DNA of 61,550 nt from Deltaproteobacteria bacterium (GTDB taxonomy: Bacteria; UBA10199; SPLOWO2-01-44-7). The stretch is from the NCBI GenBank assembly GCA_023265595.1, contig JAHFSU010000008.1, forward strand, positions 1 through 61,550, given 5' to 3'. A program made the position numbers and the translations under genes. Each line of letters starts with the position of its first letter. The first letter of the stretch is position 1. The notes below the pieces were generated by a model, which saw only the letters and a list, made by a program, of their open reading frames with translations, was not told the origin of the DNA and did not search any database. Positions 56,165 to 61,550 of the stretch are shown in pieces.

Positions 56165-56807
56165 ACAAATCCGCATTTTTGTTTTTATTGTATCGGCGGC
56201 ATCCGTCGGTTGGGCTAAAGCCGGTTTAACACCGTTGCAGTCGATTAAAGAGCTGGATGCGATGGCCGATCAATACAAAGTCGGCAAAAATCTGACCGCA
56301 CAAGACAAAGTTTTCAACCAGCAACTCAAAAAAGATATTTTGAGAGGAACTTTTGATCTGCGCGAGCTCGCCAAAATCGCGCTCGACAAATATTGGAGCC
56401 AGCGAACCAAAAGAGAACAGGACCGGTTTGTGGAACTCTTAACCCAAATTTTGGAAGAACGATCCCTCTTTTCAAAAGAACGGGCTGTGGAAAAGGGGGA
56501 AGGGAAATCCTATTTGATTTCTTATAAAAGCCAGAAATATTTGAACAAAGAACAGACCGATGCTTATGTCCACACGGTGATCCGGCTGCCGAAAAAAAAT
56601 CTTAAAGTTGATCTTGATTACAAACTGAAAAAAACGGATGGCGCATGGAAAATTTACGATGTAGTTTTTGACGGGGCCAGTCTCGTCGATAATTACCGCT
56701 ATTCCTTCGGCAACATCATCAAGAAACAGGGTTATGATGAGCTTGTCCGTCGCATGGAAAATAAACTGAAGGAGTTCCGATCAAAACGTTCCGGCGCACA
56801 ATCATGA
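56151..56807 (+). CDS. MlaC/Ttg2D-family periplasmic lipid-binding protein
   Basis: FDLRELAKIALDKYW, LDYKL..WKIYDVVFDGASLVDNYRYSF. Confidence 0.85.
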   Translation: MKWNKQIRIFVFIVSAASVGWAKAGLTPLQSIKELDAMADQYKVGKNLTAQDKVFNQQLKKDILRGTFDLRELAKIALDKYWSQRTKREQDRFVELLTQILEERSLFSKERAVEKGEGKSYLISYKSQKYLNKEQTDAYVHTVIRLPKKNLKVDLDYKLKKTDGAWKIYDVVFDGASLVDNYRYSFGNIIKKQGYDELVRRMENKLKEFRSKRSGAQS

Positions 56808-58240
56808 TTTTGGCCGATGGGGCGCGGGAAGATGTTTTCCGCGCACTGTTGGCCGAAGGAAAGCTGCCGCATATCCAAAACGAGATTGTGAAACCGGGGG
56901 CCTATGCAAAAGGGGTCACCGTTTTTCCGTCGACCACAGGCCCCGCCTATTTTCCCTTTTTGACGGGATTTCATCCGGGCACGCTCAATGTCCCCGGTAT
57001 TCGCTGGTTCGACAAAGCCGCCTACGCCAATGCGGCTAAAAAAATGGTGAAATTCAGAAGTTATGTCGGCATCGAAACTTTTTTGATCAACAGCGACATG
57101 GAGAAAATGCCGACGGTTTTTGATCTATTGCCCCAATCCTTTTCTATTTTCAATTCGGTTTGTCGCGGGGCGGGTCGCCGAAACCTGACCAAAATCATGC
57201 GGATCTGGTATTGGTACTATGCCCATCTGACCGATCGCTGGGAATTTCTCGATCAGGAAGCGCTGGCAAAAACATTGAAGGCGATCGAAAAAGATTTTCG
57301 ATTTCTGTTCGTTGTTTTTCCGGGGATAGACGAATATTCCCACTTGGCCCATCCCCATCATGATAAAACGATCGATCACTACCGGTTTTTGGATGATGCG
57401 GTCGGAAAAATTGTCTCCCAGCTGAAAGAAAAGGGGGAATGGGACGATACCTTGTTCTGGATTGTGAGCGATCATGGTTTGAGCGCTACACAGTCCCATT
57501 TTTGCGTCAATACATTCATGGAAAAGCGGGGTCTCCCTCCTTTTTATTATCCAAAAGTTTTTCACCGGAATGGAAAAAAGGTGGCGAACATGGTGTCGGG
57601 GAACGGGATGACCCATCTCTATTTCAAAAATGGCCACGATTGGGGAGCGCCGACCACGCGCGAGGATATCAATCAGATCGATCCGACTCTCATTGAAGAT
57701 TTGATCCAAGAGGCGGCGATCGATATCGTGGCGATTCGGAATAGTGAAGGGGGTGTTGATATTGTGTCCAAACGGGGCGAAGCAAAATTAAAATTACTGG
57801 ATGATAAGGTGGCCTATTCTCCCTCTCCCCTGGAGCCTGTCCTGAGCGAAGTCGAAGGAGGAGAGGGTAGGGGTGAGGGGAAAGACCCTTTCGGTTACAA
57901 AAATATTTCCGGTCTCTTAAGCGAAAAAGAAATTTTAGATAAAACAATCGATACCGATTATCCCGATGCCCCATGGCAATTGGCCCAGATTTTCAAGGCC
58001 TCCCGAACAGGGGACATTGTTCTATCGGCCACACCGGGTTATGATTTGCGCCTGAAATACGAAGTGCCGGAACACAAAGGCTCCCACGGTTCCATCCACC
58101 GTGAACATATGATGACCCCGGTTGCTACCAACGCCCCTCTTCCTCAAAAATATCTCCGCACCGTCGACATTTTTCCGACGATGCTTCAGTTGATGGGAAA
58201 AACGAAATCCGTTCCATCGGATGGCATCCTACTTCTTTAA
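56804..58240 (+). CDS. Alkaline phosphatase superfamily (nucleotide pyrophosphatase/phosphodiesterase-like) protein
   Basis: ADG, FPSTTGP nucleophile motif, DEYSH, SDHG, GSHGS. Confidence 0.85.
   Translation: MILADGAREDVFRALLAEGKLPHIQNEIVKPGAYAKGVTVFPSTTGPAYFPFLTGFHPGTLNVPGIRWFDKAAYANAAKKMVKFRSYVGIETFLINSDMEKMPTVFDLLPQSFSIFNSVCRGAGRRNLTKIMRIWYWYYAHLTDRWEFLDQEALAKTLKAIEKDFRFLFVVFPGIDEYSHLAHPHHDKTIDHYRFLDDAVGKIVSQLKEKGEWDDTLFWIVSDHGLSATQSHFCVNTFMEKRGLPPFYYPKVFHRNGKKVANMVSGNGMTHLYFKNGHDWGAPTTREDINQIDPTLIEDLIQEAAIDIVAIRNSEGGVDIVSKRGEAKLKLLDDKVAYSPSPLEPVLSEVEGGEGRGEGKDPFGYKNISGLLSEKEILDKTIDTDYPDAPWQLAQIFKASRTGDIVLSATPGYDLRLKYEVPEHKGSHGSIHREHMMTPVATNAPLPQKYLRTVDIFPTMLQLMGKTKSVPSDGILLL
57819..57880. 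repeat. Nested REP-like elements read in frame inside the phosphodiesterase gene
   Basis: ccctctcccc-[gcctgtcctgagcgaagtcgaagg]-ggagagggtaggggtgagggg, encoding SPSPLEPVLSEVEGGEGRGEG. Confidence 0.65.
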
Positions 58241-58290
58241 TGTTTTGAAGTTGCAAAGTTTTTGGGGTTCTGTATACAACTCCGCCCGCT

Positions 58291-59067
58291 ATGAAAATTG
58301 GTGTTTTGCTCAAACAGACCCCCGACACCGAAACCAAAATCAAGATCAAGCCCGATGGCTCCGGTATCGATGAATCCGATATCAAATGGGTTATCAACCC
58401 TTATGATGAATACGGGGTGGAAGAGGCTCTGCGTTTGAAAGATGCGGCCGGAGGGGGCGAGGTGGTGGTGGTGACCGCCGGTTCCAAGCGGGCCGTCGAT
58501 TCGATGCGCCAAGCCTTGGCGATGGGGGCCGATCGCGGCATTCGCATCGACACGGAAGGGGTCTCTCTCGATAGTTACACCACGGCCGTTATTCTTTCCA
58601 AGGCGATCCAATCGGAAAATTTTGAAGTTTTGTTTGCGGGCAAACAGGCAGTCGATGACGACTGCGTGCAGGTGGCGCAAATGACGGCGACTGCCTTGGA
58701 TTGGCCCTGTATCTGGCCTGCAGAACATATTGAACTGGGCGCCGACAAAAAATCGGTCGTGGTAACAAGGCCCGTTGCTGGTGGTATCAAGGAGATTATG
58801 GAGATGACCCTCCCCGGCATTCTCTGTTGCGACAAAGGGGAACATGAACCGCGCTACGCCAGTCTCCCCGGAATCATGAAGGCCAAATCGAAACCGATTG
58901 CCGAACTGAAAGCCGCCGATCTGCTTGCAGGCGAAACGCCGAAAGTAACATGGAGCGGTTTCCGTCTTCCGCCGGAGCGAAAGGCCGGAAAAATTTTAAA
59001 AGGAGAGCCCGAAGCGGTCTGCGCAGAATTGGTGAAATTATTGAGAGAAGAGGCGAAAGTAATCTAA
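58291..59067 (+). CDS. etfB: Electron transfer flavoprotein beta subunit
   Basis: KQTPD, INPYDEYGVEEAL, ALAMGADRG, GKQAVD, PRYASLPGIMKAK. Confidence 0.95.
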   Translation: MKIGVLLKQTPDTETKIKIKPDGSGIDESDIKWVINPYDEYGVEEALRLKDAAGGGEVVVVTAGSKRAVDSMRQALAMGADRGIRIDTEGVSLDSYTTAVILSKAIQSENFEVLFAGKQAVDDDCVQVAQMTATALDWPCIWPAEHIELGADKKSVVVTRPVAGGIKEIMEMTLPGILCCDKGEHEPRYASLPGIMKAKSKPIAELKAADLLAGETPKVTWSGFRLPPERKAGKILKGEPEAVCAELVKLLREEAKVI

Positions 59068-59071
59068 AAAT

Positions 59072-60049
59072 ATGGGTAACGTACTTTTTATAGCCGAAGT
59101 AGAAAATGGAAAACTGAAAGGTTATTCCAAAGAACTCGCGAGCAAAGCGGTGGAGTTGGCATCGCAATGCGAAGGCCAAGCCTACGGGGTTGTTATCGGA
59201 GAAAGCGTGGCTCAAGCCGCGGAGGAATTGGGACAATATGGGGTCACGCAAGTTACTGCGGTTGAAGGAGAATCCCTTGAGTCTTATATCGGCGAAGGTT
59301 ATGCAAAAGCACTTCTCGATGTTGTGAGTCAAACAAAACCGCAAATCATTTTGGCCTCCGCGAGCGGTTCTGGAAAAGATATCCTTCCGAGGGTTGCCTT
59401 CAAATTGAAAGCGGGTCTGGCCACCGATTGTACCGAACTCAAAATTGAAAATGGGAAACTCAAAGCGAAACGGCCGATTTTTGCGGGGAAGGCATTGGTC
59501 GATGTCACATTTGTGAGCGATGTACAGATGGCCTCCGCAAGACCGAATTCCTTCATGGTGAAACAGGCAGATGTTACCAAGAAAGCGCAGGTGAATAAAG
59601 TGGCCGCAACAACGGGGGGCTCAAAAGTCAAAATCAAAGAGATCCAGACAGCGGAAAAGGGGATGAAAGATTTAAGCGAAGCGGAAATTATTGTGTCGGG
59701 CGGCAGGGCATTGGGGAGTGGGGAGAATTTCAAAATTATCCGGGAATTGGCGGACAGTTTGGGGGCCACGGTCGGCGCCTCGCGCGCCGCGGTCGATGCC
59801 GGTTATATTTCGCACGATCATCAGGTGGGACAAACCGGCAAGACAGTCAATCCAAAGTTATACATTGCCTGTGGTATTTCAGGCGCGATCCAACATCTGG
59901 CCGGTATGCGGACTTCTAAGGTTATTGTTGCGATCAACAAAGATTCAGAGGCCCCGATTTTTTCCAAGGCCGATTATGGGATCGTCGGAGACCTCTTTCA
60001 ACTCCTGCCGATACTGACACGTAAGTTCAAAGAATTACTGGGAAAATAG
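59072..60049 (+). CDS. etfA: Electron transfer flavoprotein alpha subunit
   Basis: [36 protein letters not shown]. Confidence 0.95.
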   Translation: MGNVLFIAEVENGKLKGYSKELASKAVELASQCEGQAYGVVIGESVAQAAEELGQYGVTQVTAVEGESLESYIGEGYAKALLDVVSQTKPQIILASASGSGKDILPRVAFKLKAGLATDCTELKIENGKLKAKRPIFAGKALVDVTFVSDVQMASARPNSFMVKQADVTKKAQVNKVAATTGGSKVKIKEIQTAEKGMKDLSEAEIIVSGGRALGSGENFKIIRELADSLGATVGASRAAVDAGYISHDHQVGQTGKTVNPKLYIACGISGAIQHLAGMRTSKVIVAINKDSEAPIFSKADYGIVGDLFQLLPILTRKFKELLGK

Positions 60050-60051
60050 AC

Positions 60052-60080
60052 TTGCCCCATCAAAATAATTATGGGATAAT
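60052..60080 (+). promoter_or_regulatory. Putative sigma70 promoter
   Basis: TTGCCC-N17-GATAAT with an extended -10 TG; AGGAG RBS before ATG 60104. Confidence 0.4.
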
Positions 60081-60103
60081 GCATTGCGTTAGGAGACCTT
60101 TAT

Positions 60104-61550
60104 ATGATCAAACGGGATGGGCCATATAGCGCCTCTTTTTTATGGGAAACGCCGGGAACTTGGAATTTGACGACTCCCGAAGAATTAACCGATGAACAAA
60201 AAGAACTGGCCAAAATGGCCAGAAGTTTTTTGACGAACGAAGTCGAACCGGTTCGTGAAAAAATTGAATCGAAAACGGATCCGAAGCTGGTCCCCTCTCT
60301 TCTGAAAAAATGCGGTGAGTTGGGGTTATTGATGGCTGAAATTCCAGAAAGTTACGGCGGCTTGGGTCTGAACAAAATCACGGCGACGGTCATCGCCGAA
60401 AATGCAACCGGCTGGACCTCTTTTATCGTTCCCCTCATGTGTCACACCGGTATTGGAACGATTCCGATCCTTTATTATGGCACCGAAGAACAGAAGAAAA
60501 AATATCTCCCCAAATTGGCGACCGGCGAATTTTTGGGGTCCTACGCCTTAACCGAAGCCGGTTCCGGCTCCGATGCGTTGGCGGCCAAAACCCGTGCGGT
60601 TTTATCCCCCGATAAAAAGTTTTATATCCTGAACGGGGAAAAGCAGTTCATCACGAACGGCGGCTTTGCCGATCTCTTCACTGTTTTTGCAAAAGTAGAC
60701 GGAGAGCAATTCACCGCATTTATTGTGGAACGGAACACACCGGGGCTGTCGGTGGGCAAAGAGGAAAAAAAGATGGGGATCCACGGTTCCTCGACCGTGG
60801 CGCTTATTTTGCAAGATTGCAAAGTGCCCGTTGAAAATGTGCTCGGAGAAATCGGAAAGGGACACCGGATTGCGTTCAACGTTTTGAATGTGGGGCGCTG
60901 GAAATTGGGGGCCGCCTGCATGGGAAGTTGCAAGCGTCTGCTCGAGTATTGTTCGAAATATCTCAAAGAGCGTCAGCAATTTGGAAAACCGATCGCTTCT
61001 TTTCAGGCATTGCGCGAAAAATTGGCCAACGATGCGATCCGCACCTATCTTTTGGAATCGGTCATTTATGCTTATGCCTCCGCTTTGGATACGGCGTGGG
61101 CGACCCTCGACAAATCGAAACCGGATTATTACAAAAATGTCGTCAAAAAAATCAAAGGACTTAACATTGAGGCTTCTATCGCAAAAGTGTTTGGCTCCGA
61201 AGTATTGGGCCTCATTTCCGATGATGCGGTTCAGATGTATGGCGGCTACGGCTTTATTCAAGAATACCCCCCCGAACAATTCTATCGGGACAATCGGATC
61301 AACCGAATTTATGAGGGAACGAATGAGATCAACCGTCTGTTGATACCCGACACCTTGATGCGCCGCGCTTTGAAGGGGAGTATTGATTTTATGGGAGAGC
61401 TCCAAAAAGTTTTGGCCGGTTTGAAAGAGGGTTATTCCAAAACCGATGCCGCACAGCCGTTGGCCGTTTGGCAGGATTCGTTGGCCGCTTTCAAGCGCTT
61501 GGCGATCTATTTCAGCGGCGTTTGCGCCCAAAAATTTATGGAGAAGCTCA
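60104..61550 (+). CDS. Acyl-CoA dehydrogenase (long-chain FadE/VLCAD-like), 3'-truncated by the window edge
   Basis: Absent from the ORF track because there is no stop. Hand translation gives GELGLL..PESYGGLG, YALTEAGSGSDA, LNGEKQFITNGG, KMGIHGSST, RQQFGKPI, YGGYG, RIYEGTNEINR. Confidence 0.93.
   Translation, partial: MIKRDGPYSASFLWETPGTWNLTTPEELTDEQKELAKMARSFLTNEVEPVREKIESKTDPKLVPSLLKKCGELGLLMAEIPESYGGLGLNKITATVIAENATGWTSFIVPLMCHTGIGTIPILYYGTEEQKKKYLPKLATGEFLGSYALTEAGSGSDALAAKTRAVLSPDKKFYILNGEKQFITNGGFADLFTVFAKVDGEQFTAFIVERNTPGLSVGKEEKKMGIHGSSTVALILQDCKVPVENVLGEIGKGHRIAFNVLNVGRWKLGAACMGSCKRLLEYCSKYLKERQQFGKPIASFQALREKLANDAIRTYLLESVIYAYASALDTAWATLDKSKPDYYKNVVKKIKGLNIEASIAKVFGSEVLGLISDDAVQMYGGYGFIQEYPPEQFYRDNRINRIYEGTNEINRLLIPDTLMRRALKGSIDFMGELQKVLAGLKEGYSKTDAAQPLAVWQDSLAAFKRLAIYFSGVCAQKFMEKL

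Noticed and set aside
60602-61531. 309-aa minus-strand ORF in the track
   Set aside because: It is the antisense shadow of the plus-strand acyl-CoA dehydrogenase.

Overview
Bacterial chromosomal window, probably from a deltaproteobacterial-type lineage (inferred from protein style only). Housekeeping genes are uppP, rarA, a PP2C phosphatase, an M23 peptidase, secA, tatC, a TolC/MlaC pair, etfB/etfA, a partial acyl-CoA dehydrogenase and tRNA-Val(TAC). They surround a ~27 kb non-flagellar type III secretion (T3SS) locus at 14.3-40.7 kb. It contains sctV, an FHA protein in the sctD position, E/F/G-like needle genes, sctJ, sctI-K-L-N-O-P-Q, FliN-like and FliO-like genes, sctR-S-T, and two paralogous translocator-like proteins each followed by a SycD/LcrH chaperone. 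No secretin, sctU or flagellar axial/motor gene is recognisable in the window. The locus carries its own sigma54 enhancer-binding response regulator and a FliA/WhiG-family sigma factor. The DNA shows four TGGCAT-type sigma54 promoters. It also shows a recurring GCAAC(T/C)T-N14-16-CGATA sigma28-like motif before the needle-like gene and several orphan genes up to ~20 kb outside the locus, which nominates a candidate effector regulon; some of these genes appear leaderless. Other features: a protein ending in a Hint (intein-like) domain, REP-like palindromes inserted in frame in genes, a 26-bp tandem hairpin array, and a ~295-bp nested inverted-repeat element. All calls come from reading the sequence by eye; no database searches were run.
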